Below are positions 25,001 to 36,520 of a DNA stretch of 64,000 bases, in pieces. The notes beneath the pieces were generated by a model that saw only the letters and a program-made list of their open reading frames with translations, was not told the DNA's origin and ran no database searches. Position numbers and translations under genes: made by a program. Origin of the DNA: Camelus dromedarius (taxonomy: Eukaryota); contig NC_087436.1 in assembly GCF_036321535.1 (NCBI RefSeq), positions 98,086,001-98,150,000 on the forward strand, written 5' to 3'. Every line of letters begins with the position of its first letter. Position 1 is the first letter of the stretch.

Positions 25001-26114
25001 TGCAACCATCATGGAAAGAAAACATCATGGGAACAGAAATTGTTTCCATTTCTTTATTAGGGAAGACAGCTCATCAGCTTTGAAATTTATTTGTGAGAAA
25101 ATCTTTGCCATCTGTATATTTGTAATGTGACATTTTTAATCTGGCCACTGATCACTGTCACCCAGATAATCAGGATATATAAGAGCAACTTTCATTAAAA
25201 ATTAGTGGATACCAAATGAGTAGCGAGGATGTCTAAGGTTTTGTTACATATTAAGTGCCATTTTGAGAAACTATGACTCTGAAACAGTTATGACTGTATG
25301 ATAAGTTTCAGAAAAGGAAGGGTGCTAATGACATTATACCATGTGAACATTATAGCATTTTTCATGGTTTGTAATAGGACTTAATCATTCTGGATTATTA
25401 GAATTTTATTATATATAAATGATTTTGAAAGTACATGCTAAGGTTAACTTTGCAATAAGAAAAATAAAATGCTTATTGAAATCAAGCAAGCAAATCAATA
25501 TCAAAGTATTTTCTAATAAAAGTACCTTAACCATGGCATGTTCAGTTTATCCTTTAGCAAATCAACAGGACTATGTTAATACTGAACACGGCAGTTTCGT
25601 GTTTAGTCTCAGGATTGCTAATGACTCTTTGCACAGACTAAAGTAATCAACACATGGGTTTAGCAGTGATTTAAAATTAGTTACATTGAAAAATCTCAAT
25701 TTCCAATATCATTCTCATACTTACTAAAAATTTACTTCTTGCAAAATTATGCAGAGGTCAGAAAGAGAAATCAGTGTCAGGATTTCTTATTAGACAACAA
25801 AAATTAATTCATTTAACTACATTTGGATTATGCTGTCGAGTGATAAAGAACATCTTGCTTTAAGTGGCAGGAAAGGGAAAGTCTGGATATCATGTGTAAG
25901 CCTTTGCTAGAAACACAGTGCTTGTGTTTATAAGTGCCACCTTTTTAATGTTCTAAGCTTCCTTACCTGAGATAGCATCAAATTTTGCATAAAATTTTTC
26001 TGACAAAAGATTAAATATTTAATAAATAATCTTATACATACTTTTAAAAAGTTGCTTGTAGTCAGACTAATTATGCCTGTGCTATTACAATGGCATATAT
26101 TCTTTTCTATGGAA

Positions 26115-26360
26115 CAGTGATTAGGGCGTAGTCGCAGAAGCAGGTGGCCTAGTTTTATGCTCAGCTTCCCTCTAGTATTCTAGGAGATCTTGACCAATGC
26201 ATGCAACCTCTCTGTCCCTCAGTGCTACCTATTAAATGTGGGAAAATAATGGTAGCTCCCTGTCCTTTAAAGTTGCTGTGAAGGTTAAAATAAAAATTGT
26301 GAAGTGTGCACAACAGCACAAGCACATATTGTAGGGAATACAAGATTTAGCAATGACTTA
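26115..26360 (+). mobile_element. MIR SINE
   Basis: 'cagtgattagggcgtag...aacctctctgtccctcagtgct...aaatgtgggaaaataatggtagct...gttgctgtgaaggttaaa'. Confidence 0.85.
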
Positions 26361-27304
26361 TAATATATGGGATATAACATATTTCATGTTTTATGTATGT
26401 ATATATTTATATAACATATAAAATGCCATTTGACATATAATGTATATTATATAATATATAACGTACAAAAAATATAAAACATACATTTAGCCTATATGTA
26501 TCATACAAATTTAATCTATATAAATATATATCACAATGGGGAAAATAGAAAACAAATAAAAATAGTTGTATAAGACATTTTTAGCATAACATTTTAATAC
26601 TGAGTTAAAACACAAAATACATGTTTATCATATATAATATAGCATTGCTGCTTTGATATTCTCAATTTAATTAAGTGAAAGTCAAAAATTTACTATGATT
26701 ATACTTCAATAATGTGCCATTGCTTATAGTTAATTAATGACTTACAGATATAATTGTTTTCATAAAGAGATTAAAGGGTAATTTATAAGCAGTTCTTGAT
26801 ATACAAACATCTATCCTCTATATAAACTATATAAGATCACCCTAAGCTCTGCTTTATCTATATCACTCTACCTGTAGGCCATTGCTTTATGCTTCCTAAG
26901 AGAGAGCTGAAAAGGCTTGGAACTTCTCAGAAACTGTGCATTCAGAAAGGAAGGAAGGAAAGAGCAAAGTTGAGCCACTCTCAAAACAACGACAACAATA
27001 AAACCTTTAAAGTAGCTATCCTTTGATAGACTCCCAATAATGGCTATATCAAAATTCATAGCCTCCTGCCCACCTCAAAAATTTATTCTAGCATTTATTG
27101 ATTAACTTGATTTAACTTTGTTAAACTGGGTTCAATTTTTATGCTTTGCAGACTAATTTTATCAAATATTCTTTTTCATAAAAAAATCAGAAATGTATGT
27201 CTCATACTTCCAATAATAGTAACATTAGTGTAACAATATGTAACTAGTGTAATAGTAGCATTAATTATAACATCAGCATGCATTGGTACTATAGAATTAA
27301 TTTT

Positions 27305-27323
27305 CACTTACCACCTAGTGGCA
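27305..27323 (-). promoter_or_regulatory. Candidate CTCF binding motif
   Basis: The minus strand reads TGCCACTAGGTGGTAAGTG; the core matches CCASYAGRKGG exactly, with deviations in the 3' tail. Confidence 0.45.
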
Positions 27324-28017
27324 TTTTGCTGAAAGACTGTTGCTGAGTGAAAAGGAAGTTTAAGATAATCTGTAATAGAGGCTATGTCAAAAAAGGTTTA
27401 TTAATATCCAATTTAAAGTTATTTGCAAGAGAACATTGATGTCTGAGGAGAAAGGATCCAGAAGGAATGAAAAAGAAAGAAAGAGTCTATAATTTTAGTG
27501 TATAAGCAATTTGTCTAGGATCCTTTATAACATTTACTGACATGCCTTTGTTCCTGTTAAAAAATCATTTTTAGTTTTAAATGACTATAATACAAACAGT
27601 TCTGAAAAAAAAAATCTGTTCACAGTTCAGAGAAAACCTGTATGTAAAAAAATTACAGTATTTGCTTTCCCATGGGAGAGAGCTTAAAATACTCTATAGA
27701 TTATCTAAAGCCTTTCTCTTGTCTTTGCCAACAAGAAGCTTAGAGGATTAATTTTCAGCAGCAAAGATTTGTTTTTTGGGGTGAGGAATAAAACTAAAAG
27801 AAAAGGTGATTAAAACATGGTATAAAATATGAAATGATATACCTTGTTTAATTATAAAATTTAGAACTGAGAGAATGGACAAACTTGTTGGAATTTTTAA
27901 GGAGAGTTTTATAGAGCATTGGGTCATTGATGAAATAAATATGACCCACTAGGTAATAAAATATATCTTAGCTGTGTACAATCTGAATCAACCTATGAAA
28001 ATCTTAATTTTTAACTT

Positions 28018-29182
28018 AATATTTGTATTTAAATGTTTTTAATATAGGCATTAAGTTAAACATGTTAATTCTCAAGAACAGGAACTTTTCAGCGTGATTT
28101 GCATTCGCTGAAAAACCCAATTTACTTAGTGGATGAGGGTATAATTTTGTGAAAGAATCTAGTAAAAAAAAAAAAATACGTGTGTGTGTGTGTGTGTGCA
28201 TACATAAAGACATGTATTTGCCTGTAGAAGAAATAGAACTTAATTAGTTCTCTTTGAATCCATGTATAATCTGGAACAGCTCAATTTAAGGAAAAAATAA
28301 AGTTTAGGGAATATTTAAGGGAATAGTTCACTTCTCCTAAACTAGATTGACAGGAAATATAAAAGTTAATCTGAGAATAAAATTTCTATGAAAACAACAT
28401 AGTTAACATAACAATACTTCTGTACATCTCCACAGAGATCTGACTCCTCAGTTAAATAGCAAGTGGAGATTTCTTGATATGTGACCAGAGAGTAAAACAG
28501 AGGCATTTCCTCAAAATGTTCCACCTGTGGAAATGAAATGACTTTCAGTACATGCGCTTGGCCAAATACATGGTGTATCATGTATGTTACTCTATGTTTT
28601 ACCTGTTAAAGAAATTAGCCAGGTAGTACTTTTTAAATTTTCTCATTGGTTTCAATTTTTTGTAATCAGTGTATTATTGAAAAAATAAAATGTAACATGC
28701 AGAGTGCCAGACACATGGGTGCTGATTGCTTGTTGGTGCACTTTATTTCTATTAAGATTCAACATATGTGATAAAGTATAAAGAAAATGAAAACATGAAA
28801 ATTGAATGATTAAAAGCAGAAAATCTACTAGTAATGTTTATTGAAAGTGGAAAGTTTTAAATATTTGTACTGTTATTAAATTAAATATGCTCATTATCAA
28901 GATTGAAATATTTCAACATGACTTACATTCTCTGAAAAACTTAATTTACTTAATAGTTGAGGATATACTTTTGTTAACTAATCTAGTAAAAAAAAAAAAA
29001 AAGAAAGAAAAGAAATGGACATTTACCTGTAGAATAACAGGACTTAACTGCTTATTTTCTTTGAGTCCATCTGTAATAATGTCTTATTATTCTGAAAACC
29101 TAAATAATGCTTAGAATTCCATATTTCTTTGCTAATTCTTACCAAGTAATGATCATGTGGTCACTTACACTATTTAGACTGG
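28018..29182. repeat. Ancient diverged local duplication (about 28018-28350 versus about 28860-29182)
   Basis: Collinear anchors: aatatttgta (28018/28860), ctgaaaaac (28108/28932), aatctagt plus poly-A (28156/28980), cctgtagaa (28221/29026), tctttgaRtcca, tcactt...taga. Confidence 0.85.
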
Positions 29183-29228
29183 TGTATCAACTCACAGGCT
29201 GAAATAAAGGCCCCTCGTCAGTGCAGAG

Positions 29229-29362
29229 CTATGCTTTGTTGCATAGAGGTTTTTCCTGTTCCTTAGGATTATTATTTACCCAGGAGTCATACTTATGATC
29301 TATGTTTTGGTGCAAAAAAAGTTTTCTCTGTTTTGGAAAATTATTCTTTACCCAGGAGTCAT
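29229..29362. repeat. Diverged ~72-bp tandem duplication
   Basis: 'attattatttacccaggagtcat' (29268-29290) versus 'attattctttacccaggagtcat' (29340-29362); the upstream 'ctatgYtttgKtgca' is also repeated. Confidence 0.85.
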
Positions 29363-29727
29363 TGTCATGGAAGAAGATCAAGTATTAACACATTCTGCCA
29401 AAACATGATAAAGGCAAATGTACTTGCAGATACACCTCAGGAGGAATTCTGGATTGAGATCAACTATGAGCAAACAGCTATTACTATTAATCAGCCTAAA
29501 GAGAACACTGTTTAGAGGGGAAGGGAATACTCTGGAGAAAGAAATAATATGGAGTTGGATTGAGTGCTAGTTCACACATCCTAGTGTCTTAAGCTAAAAT
29601 TATTTTGACTTCTGTGAAAAAATAAATTTCAAGAACTTTCTCTACATTTCTAAAAATATCCATTCGTTGTTGGCTACCAGAATTGTATTATGAAAACTAG
29701 GGAGTAGTTCAAAGTGCTACTTCCATC

Positions 29728-29794
29728 ATTTTTTTTTAATCCAAAATATGTTTATTGGATTAGTTTCCCATTCATCTTGATTCAGGGCGCTTTT
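29728..29794 (-). pseudogene. RPS27: Extremely 5'-truncated processed pseudogene of RPS27 (stop codon, 3' UTR and poly-A)
   Basis: The minus strand reads (cact)AAAAGCGCCCTGAATCAAGATGAATGGGAAACTAATCCAATAAACATATTTTGGATT-A9. Recalled human RPS27 end: CACTAAAAGCACTCTGAGTCAAGATGAGTGGGAAACCATCTCAATAAACACATTTTGGAT. There is a 15-bp TSD with 1 mismatch at 29713-29727 and 29795-29809. Confidence 0.85.
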
Positions 29795-30344
29795 AGTGCT
29801 ACTTTCATCTGAAGTACTCCAATCATTTTATATATATACATATATATATATAAACCTTTTCTATCTATGAGTAAGCTTATTGAGATCAGGGGTCTTCTCT
29901 GACCTATAGATACTGCTTCTATACTTATCACTGAATTAATGAATTTAACCATCAGATAAAAAAGTAGTTTTCAAGTGTAGATTCATTTAAAATAGACTAG
30001 GGAATTTAAACTATTGATTTTAGTGATTCTATAGGAATATTTTATTTTTCCTGTTTTAGTCCATAGACTACTTGATGCAATATAAAAATATGCAAAAAAA
30101 AGGTGTTAAAAAAGTAAAACAAAGAGGAAAATCCTTAAATGTCTTCATATTTGTAAAAATATTTTGTCCCTCTGTTTGAAAAGGTTTACTCAGTTATGTG
30201 CAGTTTTCCTGAAGTAACAGCATCAAACACCTAATGATACTCAGAGGTCATACCTAGATTTTTTATTAAATTGTTATCATATGCATTTCTTGCTTATTCT
30301 ATAAATGAATGTCTGTGGCATTTGAGCTTAAGATATGTTCATTA

Positions 30345-30500
30345 TTTAGCTGTTGGAGTGTTGTTTAGTTAGATATCTATTAAAATATTTAAATTTTCCC
30401 AGATTAAGATTCCAAATCTGTAAAATGATGATTAAGTAATTCACACCATAGCAGTTTTGTGATGATTTAAATACGACGTAATTGAACATGACTGCATACT
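30345..30500 (+). mobile_element. MIR remnant
   Basis: 'aatctgtaaaatgatgattaagtaattcacaccatagcagttttgtgatgatttaaat'. Confidence 0.6.
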
Positions 30501-31179
30501 GTTCCTTTACCCTACCCTTCTTTGTTAAGAATGCCAATCATGTTGAGCTATAAGCAATCTGTGCACAGTAACTGTGTTTTGAGTGTGCTTTGGCAAAGTG
30601 CACTTTTGAGTGCACCTTTGAGTACTCACTGAGAAATCTAAAATTAAATTAATCTGCAACTGACCATTGACCACCTTGGGGGAAGATGATCACTGAAAAT
30701 GCTTTTAGAAGGATCACATTTGACTTTTGATTGGAGCAGGATTTGCTTCACCTACTAAAAGCAAATTATCTGTGCTACGGTCATATAAAATATATGCATC
30801 AACTTTTAGAATAGCTCTTACTTTAAATGAGCACTACAAAAAAACATATTTCAATTGTGGCAGTACAAAAATGTCCTAATTCCATGAACTGTCCCATGTG
30901 GTCTTCAGGGCACCAACATTTGGTCAGGGAGATGCACTGAAGAGCAACGTATCAGTAGCTTAAGGGAAGTGACTTTAAAGCCTAATATCAGCATTTTTCA
31001 GTTTGCTGTGAATGGCACAACCAGATTAAATTATGAATAAAATAAAAACTACACATTCTATAGAATACCTACATTTGATCCTTACATTTTCCTTATCCAC
31101 TGTGTCTTTTCCTTATCCACTTTCCCTCAATTTCAAATGTAGGTGCTTTTCCACTAACAAAATCTTTCCATTTTTGCTG

Positions 31180-31450
31180 TAGTGACTCTTAGTGGACTAT
31201 TCGAGGCAACTTATTATTATAAGCTCTCATATTATCTTCCTCTTGTATTTTTCTCAGCAGTTGTCACAGTTGTAAGTTTCCTGTTTGAGTATATGTGATA
31301 CATGTGTGATGTGTGTGTCTGAGTATGTCTCCTTCTGAGATTGTAAGATAGAGTATTTGGTGACAATGTATTTTTGTTTGAAGTCACCATTGTATCTCAT
31401 GGTTTGGCACAGCATTTGACATACAATAGGGTCTCAATTATTATTTGGAG
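31180..31450 (+). mobile_element. L2 3' end
   Basis: 'gattgtaag...tcaccattgtatctcatggtttggcacagcatttgacatacaatagggtctcaatta'. Confidence 0.7.
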
Positions 31451-33811
31451 TTTAATTTCTTCTATTACAGAAAAGTACCATCAATTCTATTAATAGTAGA
31501 ACTTTTATAATCCACTACATAAATATGTTTCCTTTTTATGTTTTTTTTACATATAAGTTAAAATCTGATGAATACCGTAGTAGTACTTTCTACCCTACCA
31601 CCACTGTTTTCTTTTGGTTTGTTTTGTCTCATAACTTTATCTTGTAACCTGCAATACTTTCTCAAGACCTGACCCTGACTCTTTCCTTCCCCCACTGCTC
31701 ACTGAGCACCTGAACCCAGTCATGCTTTCAAAACCCTTTGTTTGGGTTTTCTCTGGATTTCCTCATCAGTGACCCTCACCTTCTCAGTCTTCCACCTCCC
31801 TAACTGAAGCAGCACTCAGCGACTCCTCCCTGGGAAAGGTTTTAATACATTATATTATGTGTAGTGATCTATACAACCTGATATCCTGGTTCAACCAGGA
31901 CATTTTCCCTTTTGTGGAACTTAGATAGTCCCTCTGAAGAGCTGCATACTAGAACACTTCTTCCTTTTATGGTTCTTTCCCCCAACAATTCTTTGGGCCT
32001 TAATCTCTCTGTCTCCCTCCTGCTCTCCCTCTTTATTCACTAAGTATTGCATAGCATTAATGTTTAGAGTTACAATCATTTATTTATCTCATACTTCAAA
32101 CTTTTAGCTGATTACATAGCCTTAGCTACCTAGCTGATTTTTTAATGCATTTATAATTATTTTTTAGATTAAATTCTTAGTTTCTTTTCTTAGCCTTGGC
32201 AGTTGAGCTCTAAATTCTCTACAAAGGAAAATAAGTACACATACATGAATGAAGATTTATACTTAGTTATGCATATATGCGAAAACTATGTAACTGGGTG
32301 AATCAGAGGTATAGAGGAAGAGATTTGGTGAATAGAAAATAAAAGAAAGAAAAATTGTTAAAGTTAAAAAGGCTTATTAGGGCTTATAGAAGTGTTGAAG
32401 AGGAATGTGGAGTCCAGAGATGGACAGTGAGGAAAGAAAGAATCCTTTCAAAGGAAGGGAGTATGGAGGAAATGTGGCCAAGTCGTCTTTCTTCTAAAGT
32501 TGTATGGGGACGGAGTGCAATTGATGGAAATGGAATTGCAAAGATTTTATTTATGTCAAAGCCTTACATAAGCAAGTAGTAACTGCCTGAAAGAAGTGGC
32601 CCTCTGAATATTCCTCTGAATTTCGTCACTTGGCTCTGGCCTTCATGTCATTTAAAAATAGTCCATATGGTGATTTTGATTTCAGACTTCAAATCAGCAG
32701 TTTAATCTTTCCTTCTGCAAGTGTTTTGGTCTCATTAATGGCTAATGATAAAACACATGCTCTTTGGATGCTAATACTCCCCTTAAGTGTGGAATTCTTC
32801 ACAAAAACCATCTTATTTTAAAAACACATCCAGAAATGCAAAATATTTTGTAGTTTTTTTTTTAATCTTTTTCCTGTTAAATAGTAAAGAATTATAAAGG
32901 GCTCTTCCAGTATCCTTTCAAAATGCATGCATTTATTTGTTTGAAGAAAGGAGATATGCTAAGGAGCCATTTAAAAACCTTTACTTAATGCCTTTTCTAA
33001 AGCCCTAGAGAAGACTGGAAAGTAAATGCAAAAATTGAAACGCATTTGGGAAATACATCTTTACAAATTCAGTACAAAACTGTCCCAGGAGTTTTGGGCT
33101 CCTATCAAATTATAGAATTCCCAGAAGACCCTGAAGGATCTGATGTTCATATCAATAACTCAAATGCACAAAGGCCCAAGTTTACCATGAAGTTTTTAAA
33201 TAAAGAGTTCTGACTCTAACTTCCATAGGGGTCATTAAAACCACTAATGGCTTCACTTTGCAAAACTATGATGTGGACAATAATTTTATCACTAAAATGA
33301 TAATCCCCATTGGGCAGCACAATAATTCTAGCCATATCAAATATGATTTCAAAAGGACTGATGGTGCTGAATGTACATTTCTTTTGGTTTAATTCCCTGA
33401 ACAAAAAGAAAAGAAATTATGAAGTCCTTATAATCCTTGTAGTGACCTTACAGTGTTGCTTGTCAAGATTCAGGCTGAATTCTGTCCTTTGTTTTATATG
33501 GTGTTGTGCAGGGCATTTAGTTAGAATACCAGTCTAGGTCCTAATGACCTCCTGAGTACAGCAGTCATTCTGTCCCTAAGTCTCGGGATTGAGCCTCCAC
33601 CAGAAATTTTTGATGAGTCAGACTGTATGCCATGCAGTTGGTCAACAATTGTACTTAGAGTTCCATTGTTTTTGCCCCTGATAATTTGTGTTTGCTCTTG
33701 ATGTGACTTTCATGAGTAGAACATAGAGTCCAGCTATCAAAGTGAAATAAGGAACTTTGTAAACATGAAAACAATGGGACTTTTGAGAGAAAAGTGACAA
33801 AATTAGAAATA

Positions 33812-34412
33812 TAGTCAGTTCTTATTATTCATGGTGATTATGTTCTACCAAGTTGTGTGGACACGCAATCAACAAACATAGACGTTCAGTAGTAGGTTCC
33901 TGCAGAGCCTCAGTTCACAACACTTAGTCAGCTGCTCAATACATATATTTTAAAGTCTGCTTCTGTTTGAAAATACCTTATTTAGTATATCTTGTTGATT
34001 CATTAACATCAAGCTTCCAGCCTGCAACATGGTAACCCACACCTAAACACTAGTCTAACATATTTCTCCCATAAAGCACATCACAGCCTTCTTGTGCTTA
34101 GGAACACTACGGCACTTCAGCACTATTTATTTTTAAGAAACAAGATCCTCATAAAAGCACAAAAATGTATAAAGTGGGACTGAACAGACTGCAAAAAGAA
34201 AACTTGTATACAATATGAGAATTGAAACTAGAAGGCAGAGCATCACTTTACTCCACCTCAGCTGGGAAAATGCACTGTGGGGGACTCATATATTTTGCAG
34301 CTCAGTGTTATGTGCACAGGTGACTGTGAACGTTGATTTTGGGGTTACAAGCAAGTTTTAGTGAATATACAAATTCTCTAACACCAAATCTGTGAATAAA
34401 GAGAGTTGACTG
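33812..34412 (+). mobile_element. MER82 (TcMar-Tigger non-autonomous), near full length
   Basis: Imperfect terminal inverted repeats (tagtcagttcttattattcatgg and ctgtgaataaagagagttgactg) with TA/TG flanks. Internal 'gcacatcacagccttcttgtgcttaggaacacta' and 'ttgattttggggttacaa' match recalled MER82. Confidence 0.85.
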
Positions 34413-35854
34413 TGTGTCTCAAATGATTTAGGAAAACACATATTTTCTTTTCTTTTTTTTTAACACATGAGCATTGAATGGAGTACATCAGAAAAAAAAT
34501 ATTTCTTAAGACACTTTTTCCTAGGACCTAATGGATAACAGCATGTTTGAAATATTAATCTAGAACTACTTGTAAATCCTGGGAAGGTGAAAATGCCAGA
34601 TGTTGCTATTATCCTTTATATTTTACTCTTAGACTATTTGAGATGTGTAAAATATCACAGACATAATTACCAGGTATTTGGAACATTTCTGCTTTTTCTT
34701 TAGTTACTATTTCTGTACCCAAACCTTTTATTTTTTTTCTATCAGTACACTATTTTTCCTACAATGTTTAAGTATAATTTAGATTTAAAAGATATTATTT
34801 TGTCTGTCTTTATAATAATTTCCCTTGTTTCCCAGTTTTGCTATTTGCTTTTTCAGTTGGATTTATTTGTGCCTTTTGGGCCATAATAATGCTGTGGCCT
34901 TGGCAGCCTGCGGCAAAGAAGTAGTTCAGGGTTTATCAAGTACAGGACATCTTCCTTTATCTGACTCAGCTCTGCTCTCTTTATGATAAATTTAGTTTGT
35001 AAAATGTACTTTTTCTGTTGAACTCTAACTCCTGCAGTTCCTGTTTCTCTCTTACTGTTGAATTTTCAAGTATGTTGTGTCAGATAATTCCATTATTATG
35101 ACTGCTGGGTTACAAGTTTGTGCTTCTCCAGAGTCTGTTTGCAGAAGCTTTGTAGAAACTAGTTGAGTTCCTCTGCTCATTCTAACTGCATTAAGCCTGT
35201 TTTCTAGCTTTTTTTTTTTTTTTTGCCAAAAATTTAAGTAAATTTGAAAGTCAACAAATACATAATGTCTCTTTGAATATAGGCTTATGACTGTTGTATA
35301 TTTTTTATGTTTCATATTCAGATAGGCCATGGATCATATTATCTTTCATCTTTCTCTCTGTTTTTTCCACATTGGCTGCTGCTTTGTAGTTTATTTGACC
35401 CCAGTCACTTATGATGAGTAAATAAAAGTAAAGACAAAAATGGCAAAAATAAATAAATGAAAAGGAAAAACACATTGAAAATATTCCAAGAATAGAATAT
35501 AAATAAAAGGGATAGAGCAGATATCCAGAAGGTAAGAGTTAATCAGTGAACCATTCATAGCAACAGAACAAGAACTTTGATAACTTCATGAAATTAGAGA
35601 CATCGTGAACTTAACAGTTATATGAGGTCATGCTGGATACCAGTTGTTCTGTGCACTGGTTGGTTTAAGCCAAAAATAAACAAACAGGAGTACCGTTTCC
35701 TGATAAGTGCACCTTGGGCCTGGTTTCATTGACTTTTTCAGAAATGTAAAAGGGGCAATTTCAGGTATTGAGAGTTAACAGGCATAAAAATCAGAACTAA
35801 ATAAAGCCATGGACGTCCTTGGAGAAACATAACCTTGGTGAGGTTTCTGCTGGA

Positions 35855-36038
35855 ACACTGGTCAGTGTGGTCCCTGGACTAGCAGCATTGCCATTATCTG
35901 GGAATTTTTTGGAAATGCGAATTCTTGGATCCACCTCCATGCCTACTGAATCGAATTTTCTTGGAATAATACTGATGAATATGTGTTTATAACAAAGGCC
36001 CCCACGTATTTCTTATGCAGTCAGCCTGAAAACCACTG
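35855..36038. mobile_element. MER5A hAT-Charlie MITE
   Basis: 'agtgtggtccctggactagcagcatt...ctgggaa...gaaatgcgaattctt...cctactgaatc...tgaaaaccactg'. Confidence 0.85.
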
Positions 36039-36309
36039 AGCTGGCACAACATGGGGAAAGAATAAGGACAGTGTGTGTGTGTGTGCATGTGCGTGCGTGT
36101 GTCTGCACATGGTACCCTGTACATAGAAATACCACGTAAGTAATACAGCAGTTGGATGTTATCAAAGACACCAACATCTACAAGTACCATACAGTATAAA
36201 ATCTGGAGTCCAGTAGGTTGTCAGTAATCCAGTTTATTTTCTCACAGCTGAGATATGCTAATGATGGATACTAGTTCCGGCAGAGTGAAGACGGGCTTTA
36301 TTATGCCTC

Positions 36310-36520
36310 CTTAGAGTAGGGACGCTGGTGTCTTGAGCGTCCTGAGCTTAACTCCTGACTCTCCCACTTACTATCTGCATAACATTGAATCAGTTACTTT
36401 ATATATCTTTTTGCTTGTGTTGCTCATTTGTAAAATATAAAAATCAGTGATACTCTCTCATAGGTTTGCATTGAGGATTAAATAAATACTTTTAAAGCAG
36501 TAATTAAAAAGTATATTGAA
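36310..36520 (+). mobile_element. MIR SINE
   Basis: 'tcctgactctcccacttactatctg...ctcatttgtaaaat...ctcataggtttgcattgaggattaaat'. Confidence 0.8.

Noticed and set aside
25581..25607. 11-bp hairpin with a CAGTT loop (IRE-like)
   Set aside because: The loop is not CAGUGN, there is no bulged C, and a stem with two G-U pairs is expected by chance in 64 kb.
16168..29362. Short direct repeats with spacers as a possible CRISPR-like array
   Set aside because: Each repeat occurs only twice and they are unrelated to each other. They are TSDs or local duplications in mammalian DNA.
35052..35330. 92-aa minus-strand ORF ending near a gtaag donor
   Set aside because: It runs through a poly-A tract (poly-K), has no acceptor and shows no recognisable homology.
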